Positions 52,618 through 63,935 of a stretch of 64,000 nucleotides of DNA are shown in pieces. The first letter of the stretch is position 1. Each line of letters opens with the position of its first letter. The stretch covers positions 52,266,001-52,330,000 of the forward strand of contig OZ287748.1 of assembly GCA_965649765.1 (NCBI GenBank), given 5' to 3'. The notes under the pieces were generated by a model that was given only the letters and a program-made list of their open reading frames with translations, did no database searches and had not been told where the DNA came from. A program made the position numbers and the translations under genes. The DNA comes from Bispira polyomma. Lineage: Eukaryota.

Positions 52618-55116
52618 ATGGGCTGGAGTTTGAGCTGGCTGGCTTACCTGGGGTTTATAGCCTGGCTAGAGTTGACTGTATCTGAATCCACTCCCCCACT
52701 CACACTCACTTACAGCATCACAGAGGAAGTCACACCTGGAACAATGATTGCAAATATCATGCACGATGCTGGCATTCAACAAAAGTTTACAGTGGACGTT
52801 CTCAACGAAATTCGCTTCAGGTTTTTGTCACAACCACCAATTGATTTTGATCTAGAAATGACCACGGGGAGTTTGTTTACATCTAGTCGGTTCAACAGAG
52901 AAGAGTTTTGCCCTGCTGAGGAGTCTTGTGTTGTGAAACTTGATATAGCCTTACAGCCTGTGCAGTTCTTTCAAATTATCAAAGTGGAAATAGTGGTGGA
53001 AGACCTGAATGATAATGTGCCTGAATTCTATCCAAGAAGTGTGTCCCATCAGCTTATAGAATCTGTATCACCAGGGGCTGCTATCACTCTTCCAACAGCA
53101 GTGGATTTAGACAGTCCTGCATTTAGCATTGTGAACTATGAACTTGTGGATATTAGTGACTCGTTTGGACTAGAAGTGATTAAAAATTTGGATAATTCTA
53201 TCGAAGTGAAGCTTATATTACAAAAGGCACTGGATAGAGAGGTTCAGCAGCAATATCACCTCCAGTTGGTGGCTGAAGATGGTGGGGGTCTAACAGGAAC
53301 TGCAGATATAGCTGTACAAGTACTGGATGCTAATGACAACAACCCAGTCTTCTCAAATCTTACCTATGAAATAAGTATGCTGGAAAATATAGCCTTGGAC
53401 ACCTCAATCCTACAGGTGCATGCAGTTGACCATGATGAAGGAGAAAATAGAGAGGTCAGGTACAGTTTTACTGAACGAACATCCCAGAAAGTGGGTAGTA
53501 TGTTTAGTATTGATGAGGTGATGGGGGATATAAGAGTTATTGGTAACATAGACCATGAAGAGCAAGGAGTAATTCACCTAGGAGTTATTGCCAGAGACAT
53601 GGGGCAAGGTACACTGCCAGCTGAAACCATGGTAGTGGTACATGTGTTAGATGTTAATGATAACCCACCCCAGATAACTGTGAATACCCTCACCACTTCA
53701 GTGAATGCTGCTGTATCAGAGGAAGCTCCAGTCGGTACATTTGTAGCTCACGTTATAGTTGAGGATAAGGATAGTGGGACCAATGCAAACTTTGACTGTC
53801 ACCTCGTGCATAATAAATTGGGTCTGATGAAAATTTATGCCAATGAATATCAGGTTGTAACAAAGGACGTACTTGACAGGGAATCCTCCTCATACTACGA
53901 CATAACAGTTACATGTGTTGATCATGGCGTTCCAAATTTAGAAAGTTCAAAAAGTGTGAGGGTACTTGTTAATGACTTTAATGACAACCCACCTCAATTC
54001 AGTTCAACCAGTTATCATGCTTCTGTGCTTGAGAATGCTTCTCCAGGACTTGTGGTGATCCACATCAATGCAACAGATGATGATATTGGCAGAAACAGTG
54101 AAATTGAGTATAGTTTGCCATACACAGATTCGCATTTATTCACCATTGATTCAGTTAGTGGACAAGTGAAAACCACTTTTAGTTTTGACAGAGAACAGTA
54201 TGATCAAGTTGAGTTCCATGTTATTGCCACAGACAAGGGAACGCCAGCCCTTTCTGATTCAGTTTTAATTCAACTAAACATTTTAGATGTAAATGATGAG
54301 GATCCAGAATTTATCCAAAAAGGATATTCTTTTGGGGTCCTTGAAAATGAGTATCCCAACATAGAAGTGGGCCAGGTGGCAGCTATTGACAAAGACAGCT
54401 TTCCTAATAATGAGTTCTATTTTTCATTTTTTCCTTTTAACTCGGATATCGACAGGACAGAGACATTCAGAATTGATTCACAGTCTGGAGTTATAACGAC
54501 AATGATAACCCTAGACAGAGAAGCCAAAGCTTCCTATGATTTTATTATCTCTGCCATAGATCAAGGGACACCACCTCGCAGTAGCACCACCAGCGTCACT
54601 GTGTATGTAGCAGACAAAAACGACAACAAACCTTCTGTCCAGTTCCCAACTCCATTTAACAACACTGTTAAAATCCCAGTAAATGCTCATAAAGGTTATG
54701 TTGTCACTAGACTGATGGCTAGTGATAATGATTTGGGCGAGAATTCTAGACTGAGTTACAAAATCTTAAATGATAGCTACAACAGTTTATTTTTGATTGA
54801 TCCAAATTATGGAGTCGTCACACTAACAGAGAATGTGAGTAAAAGCAAATCGAGATTCTTTAGTTTCCTGATCATGATTTCTGACAGTGGAACACCCAGA
54901 CAGAGTGTAAGAACTACTTTAAACATTTATGTGGACACGGCCATGCTCCTCCCTGAAGTAATCACAAAGCATGAGGACACGGCAGAAAGTAGCTTCCTGG
55001 AGAGTAACAATTTCATCATTGTGCTGGCTCTGGCAATAGCCTCTGCAGTAGTTACCATTATTTTAGTGCTGGCTATTATTTTGATACACAGACACAATCG
55101 GATAAAGAAAGAAAAG
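52618..55116 (+). CDS. Protocadherin (delta/non-clustered-like), large first coding exon: signal peptide, 7 cadherin repeats, TM helix
   Basis: Acceptor TGTTTTTCAG| at 52603; ATG 52618 begins hydrophobic signal peptide MGWSLSWLAYLGFIAWLELTVS; EC1 C-X5-C (CPAEESC); six DxND(N/E) linkers plus a seventh EC; LDRE and AxDxG motifs; TM FIIVLALAIASAVVTIILVLAIILI; phase-0 donor AAG|GTGGGT. Confidence 0.96.
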
Positions 55117-55440
55117 GTGGGTGTTTCTGTTGTAGGCCCCTTAAGAATTGAAAAAAAAGGTGTTTGGTATTGTCATGGTGTGGCTCTATAATTTGTTGTT
55201 TCAATATAAATAAAATGTATTTGTATCTATCAAATATAAACTTAGTTCTTTTAGATTCATGTAATCTTGACTGAGGCCTTTTCTGACTAGTTGTCAAATA
55301 CTTTATCTCATGTACTCAAGGATCATCAATTTTTAAATCTACTGCTTGCAGACACATCTGGTATGTGGAGGTACATATATATTATACATGAACCCACAAA
55401 TGATTGATTTGATGTTGGAATCTTACCACAGTTAAGATAA

Positions 55441-56014
55441 TGTCCTCGGCCATCATGTTAGGAGTTGTTTGAAAATTAATTAGCGTAGGTTTTACATTGT
55501 ATTTGTGGGAGCTGACGTCATAAACATACATAACCTGGCGCGAGAGATGACATGCAAGAAATTTATAATTTTAAACCGTTTGAAATTTGAAATGTCAACT
55601 ACAACGTCCCCTTGCGGGTCATTACTTCATATAACGTGTCCCAACGTACATCGACGTACACAGACGACTTGCAACATCATAGTTGACGGGAGATTAACTA
55701 GAATTATGTAGATATAAGGTAATAAACGACATGGTTTAACGTAACGCCCTTGACGTAATTAAACATAAAAAATGACGGCCTTTAACCTGTATTGGCGTAC
55801 TCAAATACCTGTCATACCGGGGTTCAAATACGTACTTTGATGTGCAATTAAGCATCCCCTGCGAGACCTTACATGTTTTAAATACATACAAATACGTAAA
55901 TTTCACTTGAAGAAAGGCAATAATTGGGGTTTTGCATTTACTTTTTGCATCAACTATTTACACGGCCCTTGCGTGACTTGCATAAACTAACGTACATCCG
56001 ATAAAACCAGGGCA
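55441..56014 (+). mobile_element. Intronic copy of the Harbinger-type MITE at 32192
   Basis: GGAGCTGA...CATAAACATACATAACC...AAGAAATTTATAATT and the 3' ACTAACGTA...GGGCA are shared; TAA flanks. Confidence 0.82.
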
Positions 56015-56984
56015 TAAACCCGATTTCAGTGGATTATTCTGCAGAAAGTTAACAAGTTTTTCTGTGTAATATTCATTCATATTGTCAACTGCTATTATGC
56101 TTTCCGAAATTTTTCTGTGATTCCATTCTGTCTTTTACAATGATATTAACAGCAGCATGTGACACGCAACAATTCCATGTTTTCATTTTTTGGCTTTTAT
56201 TGACTTGGATTTATATTTAAATGCTAGTAAGTTACTGCGATACAAGTTTTACCATACAGCTGTAAAAAGATATTCTTGTGCAAGTGTGAAATGTGCTGGT
56301 GCCACACTTTACTAGTCCATGTCTCCCAGGATTGATAGTTCTTGTTTCTTACTGCACAAGTGGAATGTCGTGAAAATTGATTCCAGTGAATTTTCTTAGA
56401 AATGTCAGTGAAATTTTATTTCGGTTCAAATTTCCACTTGTACAGTATTTTTCATTTGCTGTATGAAACTCGGTCTGGCCTTGTTTTTAAAATGTGATCT
56501 AGACTGAGGAACAAATTATCTACTGAAGATCATCTCTGAAAATGTTTTCAGACTAAATAGATTGACATACATTTAGTATCGTATCTTAATACAAAAATGA
56601 AAGGTCATTAATTTTAGCCAAATTTGAAAAAATGGATTTACCTGGTATTTACCAAATAATTACTATATAAACAACCATCAAATTTGTGCAAAATGACTAC
56701 AGGTATTGTAATTGAATTTAAAATAGATTAATGTCCATGCAATGCAAGGGATTGGTTTGGACCACATTATGAAGAATAAATGGCTGTCACAACAAGGTGA
56801 TATGAACTCTAAATGACTAGATATTATCTTCCAATTTAGTTAACCATATTTAAGCCTAACTTAAAAGGACAGGACTCGTGTGTTTTAATTATCAACCTTG
56901 ATTAATATTTCATCTGCAGCACCAACTTATTTCAATCCTAGCATACATATAGAGTAGGCTTGATATTTTACCTTTGACTCTTAT

Positions 56985-57540
56985 GTCTCTCGCGGAAAAA
57001 TACAGCAACTTTTCAGGGATTTTCTCAAACGACAGAAAATAGTTACTTCAAACTTATTTTCGACCCACAGGGTGTATTGCATGGTTTACGGCAACTTTCC
57101 AGAAATTTTTCGATATTGGTGGCCATCTTTAATTTCTGCATCTTTATGGAATTCATCTGTTATCTCTAAAACGATGCGAGATAAAGCAATTTTGAGCAAT
57201 TTTCCGATTTTGGTGGCCACCTTAAATTTCTTTATCTTTTTGTAAAATGTCCGTTATCTTCAAAGTGATGCGAGATTTTTACCCATGTTCCATATTCCCA
57301 TATGGTCTGTTTCACGGTATAGTACAACTTCTCAGAAATATTCCTATTTTGGCGGCCATCTTGAATTTCTACATCTCTTTTGGAAATGTCTGTTGTCCCC
57401 CAAAAGGTGTGAGATAGAGCAACTTTGTGCTCATTTTCAACCCACAGGGTGTTTTGCACACAGTATATGGTATCTTTTTAGAAATTTTCCCATTTTGGTG
57501 GCCATGTTAGATTTCATTATCGTTTTTGGAAAACGGCCAA
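56985..57540. repeat. Degenerate internally repetitive element related to the core of 61797-62712
   Basis: Repeated GCAACTTT...TTGGTGGCCATCTT...GAGATARAGC and ACCCACAG motifs shared with 62140-62510. Confidence 0.7.
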
Positions 57541-57720
57541 GCGAGTAATTAGTGTATATTACTTAATATGTAACTAATGAATAATCATGTTATACCTCAT
57601 AAATAATAGAAGTTGACGTTTTTGGTAAATCAGTTGTGCATCTTCTTTTTGATGTGGTACAACTTTTTGTATTTCTACAAAAATATTGCCCACCCACATA
57701 CTCTATTTTTCTTCTGTTAA

Positions 57721-59350
57721 TTGTATCCACCACCGAAGTAATCTTCGGTGGATACTATGGATTAGTTATTGTTACGCTGCTGACGCCGCCGCGTCAGTGT
57801 GTGTAGAGATTTTACCGTTACCGCTCTCCTGGAAAAACTTTTATACCTAGGCTCCTGAAATTTACAGGAAATGTTCTTCATTACAAAACTTGCCTGGGAA
57901 TAACTTTGGCCTCATTTTGACAAACAAGATGGCCGCCACAGGGATTTCTTTGAAAATAATCAGGCTTTTAACTGTGTCTATTTCTCAGCTGTAGAAGGTT
58001 GAATCTCTTTACGGATGATATGTTTAATGGATATAAATGTCCTTTATAAGCATGCAGACATTTGACCTTGAATCTCCTCATTCAAGATCATCAACAGAGT
58101 GCCAAAGTACCCCAACTGACCGATTTTGGCCAAACTTTCTCTAGGGCCTATATCTCGCTTAATATTGGTCCTAGAGGTTTGGGATCTCAAACAAACCTTT
58201 AGGAAATCATGGGCTGGAAATCTTTTCATGGGGTCCGATTTGACCTTGGGCCCCTCGTTCAAGGTCAAATGCGGATAGATAAACTTAAACATGCCTATAT
58301 CTCGCTTAATATTGGTCCTAGAGGGTTGGGTTCTGAAATAAAACTATAGGAAATCATGGGCTGGGAATCTTTTTATGTGGTCCAATTTGACCTTGAGCCC
58401 CTCGTTCAAAGTCAAATGAGGATGGCCAAACTTTAAAGTACCTATATCTTGCTTAATATTGGCACTACAGGTTTTGGATGTGAAACCAAGCTATAGGAAA
58501 TCATGGGTTGGGAATCTTTTTATGTGGTCCGATTTGACCTTTGGCCCCTTGTTCAAGGTCAAATGCGGATGGTCAAACTTAAAAGTCCCTATGTCTCACT
58601 TATTATTGGTCCCAGAGGTTTGGAGTGCAAAACCAATCTATAGAAAATCATGGGCTGGGAATCTTTACATGTACTCTGATTTGACCTTGGGCCCCTCGTT
58701 CAAGGTCAAATGCAGATGGCTAAACTTTAAAGTGTCTATATTTCGCTTATTATTGGTCGTACAGGTTTCAAATGTGAAACCAATCTGTATGAAATCAAGG
58801 CCTGGGAATCTTTTGATGTGGTCCGATTTGACCTTTGGCCCCTAGTTCAAGGTCAGTCTTGGTCAAACTTAAAAGTGCCTATATCTCGCTTATTATTGGT
58901 TGTACAGGTTTGGGATGTGAAACCAACCTATACCAATCTGTATGAAATGAAGGCCTGGGAATCTTTTGATGTGGTCCGATTTGACCTTTGGCCCCTAGTT
59001 CAAGGTCAGTCTTGGTCAAACTTAAAAGTGCCTATATCTCGCTTATTATTGGTTGTACAGGTTTGGGATGTGAAACCAACCTATAGGAAAACATGGGCTG
59101 CTAATCTTTTGCTGTGGTCATATTTGACCTTGGATCCCTCGTGCAAGGTCAAACGGGTAGGCCAAACTTTAAAGTGCCTATCTCCCACATGTTTGCAATG
59201 TGAAACCCACTTGTGTGATTTAAGGATTTAGCATAAATGCCCTATAGGAAACCGTAGGCTCCTAGCTTGGGTGCTAGCTAGGGTGTTTTCAGGGTGTCTT
59301 TCAGCTGGATACAAATATGCATCGGTTCTCCGATGCACTAGGTCTAGTTT
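57721..59350 (+). mobile_element. Complete Helentron-associated non-autonomous element (HINE/DINE-1-like) carrying a ~147-bp tandem array
   Basis: 5' subTIR TTGTATCCA plus hairpin CCACCGAAG-TAAT-CTTCGGTGG and inverted GGATAC; short microsatellite-like tract; 3' subTIR TGGATACAA (59306-59314), hairpin TGCATCGG-TTCT-CCGATGCA, terminal CTAGTTT. Confidence 0.88.
58130..59190. repeat. ~147-bp tandem repeat, about 7 copies, inside the Helentron-type element
   Basis: (G)CCTATATCTC unit marks at 58146, 58293, 58440, 58587, 58734, 58877, 59030, 59176. Confidence 0.95.
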
Positions 59351-59453
59351 GTAGGTGTTTTTTTCGGGGGACACACCTTGTTGGTTTTTTAATCCAATAT
59401 AAAATTCATTATCATGTCTTTTATTGTTTCGTGATGTTTCTTTTTCTTCCTAA

Positions 59454-59987
59454 TGGCCTGGTCACACCTACACGGAAAATCGTACCCTGAAGTCTATATT
59501 CACATTTGAAAGTAGCACGCAGTATCATAGTGAAAACGTGTGTAATATGACCTAATTTTCAATGTTAGGCCTCGTTAAGGGCTGTTCAGTAATGTGTAAT
59601 GTGTAGCAATGTCCAGAGTTATGTCCAGGAACGTCCAGGAACATCCAGTAACGTTAGTAAGTTACATTTCAGAGTGAATTTGAATTGTACAGCCACTTAG
59701 TAGTAGAAATAATTAAGGTTTATTGTACGTTTGATGTTTTAGTGATGAATCTGCCACCAGATCAAAATACAAGAAAAAGAGCTACTTTATCACTACCTGC
59801 TATTAGGTGTAGCTACTTATTGCTACTTACTGCTACTGTGAAACGTTTTGTGACAATTACAGAAACAGAGAGCTCTGTCACGATTATTTAAAATAGTTTG
59901 AATTAATCTTGGCAGAGGACAAAAGGTAGATACGTTTTCAAATGTTGTACAGTTGTACCTCTTCAATGGAGAGGTGTGACCTGTGCA
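59454..59987. mobile_element. Harbinger-type MITE, about 534 bp
   Basis: TIRs TGGCCTGGTCACACCT / AGGTGTGACCTGTGCA; TAA/TTA flanks. Confidence 0.7.
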
Positions 59988-60096
59988 TTAACTGGTAATT
60001 TATAAAAAATAAATGTTCAGATGTTAGCATGTCAAAAAATATTACTTAGCGTATCTGTGCACTTTAAATTATGAACAACTGGAACTTTTTTTCTAG

Positions 60097-60363
60097 AAAT
60101 ATGGTCGCTACAATTGTCGCAAAGAAGCACTACGGATCTTTCCAAACATGAGCCAGGCATCTGATGAACGCACTCTCACATTCAGTGGTAATGCAAGTAC
60201 ATTGGGGGATGCGAGCATGTTGAAACAGAAAAAAGAAGTGAGTTTCTGTCTGGATGGCAGTGACTCCACCAATGACTGTAACATGTCAGAAGTGGTGCGA
60301 GGTGCAAAGAGGCCCGAGTCTCGACAAAGTCTACCTTCAACCATTGACCAGCAGGTTCTGCAG
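60097..60363 (+). CDS. Protocadherin cytoplasmic exon (89 codons, KYGRYNCRKEALRIF...DQQVLQ)
   Basis: Acceptor CTTTTTTTCTAG|, phase 0 matches the 55116 donor, open frame, YNCR juxtamembrane motif typical of protocadherins, donor CAG|GTTTGT. Confidence 0.88.
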
Positions 60364-60951
60364 GTTTGTGTATACACTATCACCCCACACCATCTACTTT
60401 TTTTGTTACCGAGTAGCTTCACGAATAAAATGAAACACAATCGTGGTATCTCAACCTTAAAAGGTTTCTCCTCTGGACACTATAAAATATTTCTGTTCAG
60501 TGGATAATTTTTTTATGTAACTTTGTACTCTGCCTACAGAAAAACCTTGAAAGTTTTCACAAATGTTGTACAAATATATGTTCTTCAGTTGTTTAGGTGT
60601 TGATCATGGCTTCATTGGATGTAAGGATTTTTCTTTGAATTAGGATGTAAGATTTCTCTTTAAAATTTTTTGTTTATCCTTTCTTCGGTAACTATTTTGG
60701 GATATAAAGAAGCTCCAGTGCCGCGGTATATGTTTTATATCACAAAACAAGTCCTGTTTCTCTCTCTGTGTGGGATGTTGATATGCTAGGTGCCCGGAAA
60801 AAAGGCCTGGTGGCAAAAAGGTATGGTCTGTTTTGAAAAAAGGCATGGTCATTTGTAAACAGCTGAGGATGATTGTAAAAGTCACTGATGCTTTTGATCC
60901 TTTAACGTATGGCTAGCTTCTGGAAGTCCTTTTATTGTGTCTTATCCACAG

Positions 60952-60978
60952 GAATCACGCCCAAAGTACTTTGAATAG
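60952..60978 (+). CDS. Candidate short terminal exon of the protocadherin (ESRPKYFE*)
   Basis: Strong acceptor CCTTTTATTGTGTCTTATCCACAG|G; phase 0 gives 8 codons then TAG. Confidence 0.4.
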   Translation, partial: ESRPKYFE

Positions 60979-61796
60979 TGACCACAAGTGTAAAGATATT
61001 TTGGAGCCTATGACCTCGTAAATATTAAAATCAGGTTTTATTAGAACTTGTTGTTTAAAAAGTCTTAATCCTTGAAGTTCTTTTACAGTATATCAGAACA
61101 CAAAGAAAACGGTTTCAGGGTTATTGAATTGTTTGATGGTCTTTCTTTGATATGTATTCTAGTTGTTTCTATATTCTCTTTTGGGTTTAGTATTACTCTG
61201 ATGAGCTTCTAAACCTGAACACCATTCATAGAAGACCCCATTTTACATTAAAGGGTAAATAACATGTTTTCTGCTAAAAGCTCAAATTACCTCTTGGTAT
61301 GAAATCAACTTCTCAATTGGAAATATCAGAAGTAAAAATGATTGATGGTAATGAGCCTTATCTTTGTATGGTTGAATAGAAACTGTGAAGTTGTTAATAG
61401 ACCTATTATTTTGGTGTGTGACAATGTATGATCGGATAACTTGTACACAACTGTTTGTGTGCGTTAACCAGTAAGTTCAATCAGAACTCAGAGAGTAGAT
61501 TACAACTGTAGAACTTTTAGTTATTGTTATAAAATGTTAGCTAATGTACAGTGTCATCAGCCTTAATTATTATTGCAGTATAAAAATTGTTTAACACATT
61601 CTATTACAGTACATTACATGTACCGGTACTTTATTTTTGGTTTAGTCATGTAATTATAAAAGCTTATAGCAAAGAGGGAAAAAACATTATTTAAAATAGT
61701 CTTGTCAGAAAATGTGCTATTTACTAAAATTAAAGAAAGTTTTGAAGTGATTATGCTGTATTATGAAATGTTATTTAAATATATTAGGTAACATAA

Positions 61797-62712
61797 TTAA
61801 GCATTCCTTAAAAAGGGTGCTTAATTTGTTTTCACCCCTAATTTCCTTGCCGTCGTTGCATGGTCTTTCTTAAATATCTCCTATACATGTAATAATATCT
61901 GGATCAAAATTATTTTGCTAGTTATCTAAACCAGCAGTAGAAACATTTTTTCATATACTTGGATTTGAAGTTTGATCTGCTCTAAAGGTCACACGACACT
62001 GGATCTAAAAGTGCTTGTTATTGGATTTTCTCAACATATTTCTCATAGCTCAACAAAATTTGACATAAACATTGCTGAGAGAAATGTCCGGACTCGACAC
62101 GCTGTTTCAACCACATTTTTTACCGACAATGCATATTGTGCCAAGTATCTGGCTATTTTTCAAAATGTTCAGATTTTGGTGGCCATCTAGAAATTCTACG
62201 TCTTTCTCCAAACATTGGAGATATATCAATTTTGAGCTGATTTGAGACCTACAGGACATATTTTGCAAAACACATCGCAACTTTTCAAAAAAAATTTGAT
62301 TGTGGGGCTATCTTTAATTTTCAGTTCATTTTCAACCCACAGAGCACAATGACTTGAGTATATGGCAACTTTTCAAAAATTAAAAAAAATATTGTCTTCC
62401 TCTAAACGTTGGAGATAGAGCGATATTGAGCTCATGTTCGACCAACATGCATTGTCATGCAATAGTGTGCTTATTATATGGCAACTTTTGACAAATTTTC
62501 CGATCTTGTTTGTTTTCATGTCTAGTTTGCTTGCCACCACTGACGCCGCATGGTTGTCTCTTTAATATCTCCTTTAATATTATTTTAATTAAAATTATTT
62601 TGGTAGTTATCTTAACCAACAGTGGGAAAAATTTTCATAATTGTCATGAATTCAAACTTTAATTTAACTTCAGGGACGCTTCGTTTTTGTTTTCAAAAAA
62701 CGTTTTTTTGTT
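61797..62712 (+). mobile_element. Second, diverged Helentron-type non-autonomous element
   Basis: 5' inverted pair TTAAGCATTCC...GGGTGCTTAA; 3' subTIR-like GGGACGCTT then hairpin CGTTTTTG...AAAAAACG and T-run; internal duplication 61850-61955 / 62545-62640. Confidence 0.6.
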
Positions 62713-62839
62713 ACATTTGTCTACTTGAACAAAGATTTTTAATCTGACCAGTAATTGTAGGTGTGTAATATTCATAAAAATTCTGATACACATGATATAC
62801 ATGTCGTGTATACAAGATCATATATACTCTTGTATCACC

Positions 62840-63813
62840 TCAGTACCCCAGGTACACAGCTTACATTAATATGTATTGTATCAGTACCCCAGGTACACAG
62901 CTTACATTGCTATGTATTGTATCAGTACCCCCAGGTACACAGCTTACATTACTATGTATTGTATCAGTACCCCAGGTACACAGCTAACATTACTATGTAT
63001 TGTATCAATACCCCAAGTACACAGCTTGCATTACTATGTATTTTATCAGTACCCCAGGTACACAGCTTACATTACTATGTATTGTATCAGTACCCCAGGT
63101 ACACAGCTTACATTGCTATGTATTGTATCAGTACCCCAGGTACACAGCTAACATTACTATGTATTGTATCAGTACCCCAGGTAGACAGCTTACATTGCTA
63201 TGTATTGTATCAGTACCCCAGGTACACAGCTAACATTACTATGTATTGTATCAGTACCCCAGGTACACAGCTTACATGGCCATGTATTGTATCAGTACCC
63301 CAGGTACACAGCTTACATTGTTATGTATTGTATCAGTACCCCCAGACACACAGCTTACATTACTATGTATTGTATCAGTGCCCCAGGTACACAGCTTACA
63401 TTGCTATGTATTGTATCAGTACCCCCAGGTACACAGCTTACATTGCTATTTATTGTATCAGTACCCAAGGCACACAGCTTACATTGGTATGTATTGTATC
63501 AGTACCCCCAGGCACACAGCTTACATTGCTATGTATTGTATCAGTACCCCCAGGTACACAGCTTACATTGTTATGTATTGTATCAGTACCCAAGGCACAC
63601 AGCTTTCATTACTGTGAATTGTATCAGTACCCAAGGCACAGTGCTTACATTGCTATGTATTGTATCAGTACCGCCAGACACACAACTTACATTACTTTGT
63701 ATTGTAGCAGTACCCTCAGGCACACAGCTTACATTGTTATGTATTGTGTCAGTACCCCCAGACACACAGCTTACATTACTATATATTGTATCAGTACCCC
63801 CAGGCACACAGCT
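62840..63813. repeat. 41/42-bp minisatellite (GGTACACAGCTTACATTACTATGTATTGTATCAGTACCCC[C]A)n, about 23 copies
   Basis: Direct inspection; C4/C5 length variants. Confidence 0.98.
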
Positions 63814-63935
63814 CTTCCCTCAGTGTACAAGTAACAAGCACCACCTCCTTGGCAGCATGTCAACAACAAACGGCCCTGGCCACCAGCACAGTCTTGGGAG
63901 TAATACATGAACACGAAGAACACAGACAGTTAGAG
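63795..63935 (+). CDS. Candidate further protocadherin cytoplasmic exon (YPQAHSSSLSVQVTSTTSLAACQQQTALATSTVLGVIHEHEEHRQLE)
   Basis: Open phase 0-0 frame ending at donor GAG|GTACGT (63935/63936); in-frame acceptors ATCAG| (63794) and CCCAG| (63803) lie inside the last minisatellite unit; no homology evidence. Confidence 0.5.

Noticed and set aside
58044-59231. ORFs of 82-137 aa
   Set aside because: Translations of the 147-bp repeat in the Helentron-type element
62761-63834. 357-aa and other overlapping ORFs
   Set aside because: Translations of the 41/42-bp minisatellite; only the last units are considered as possible exon extensions
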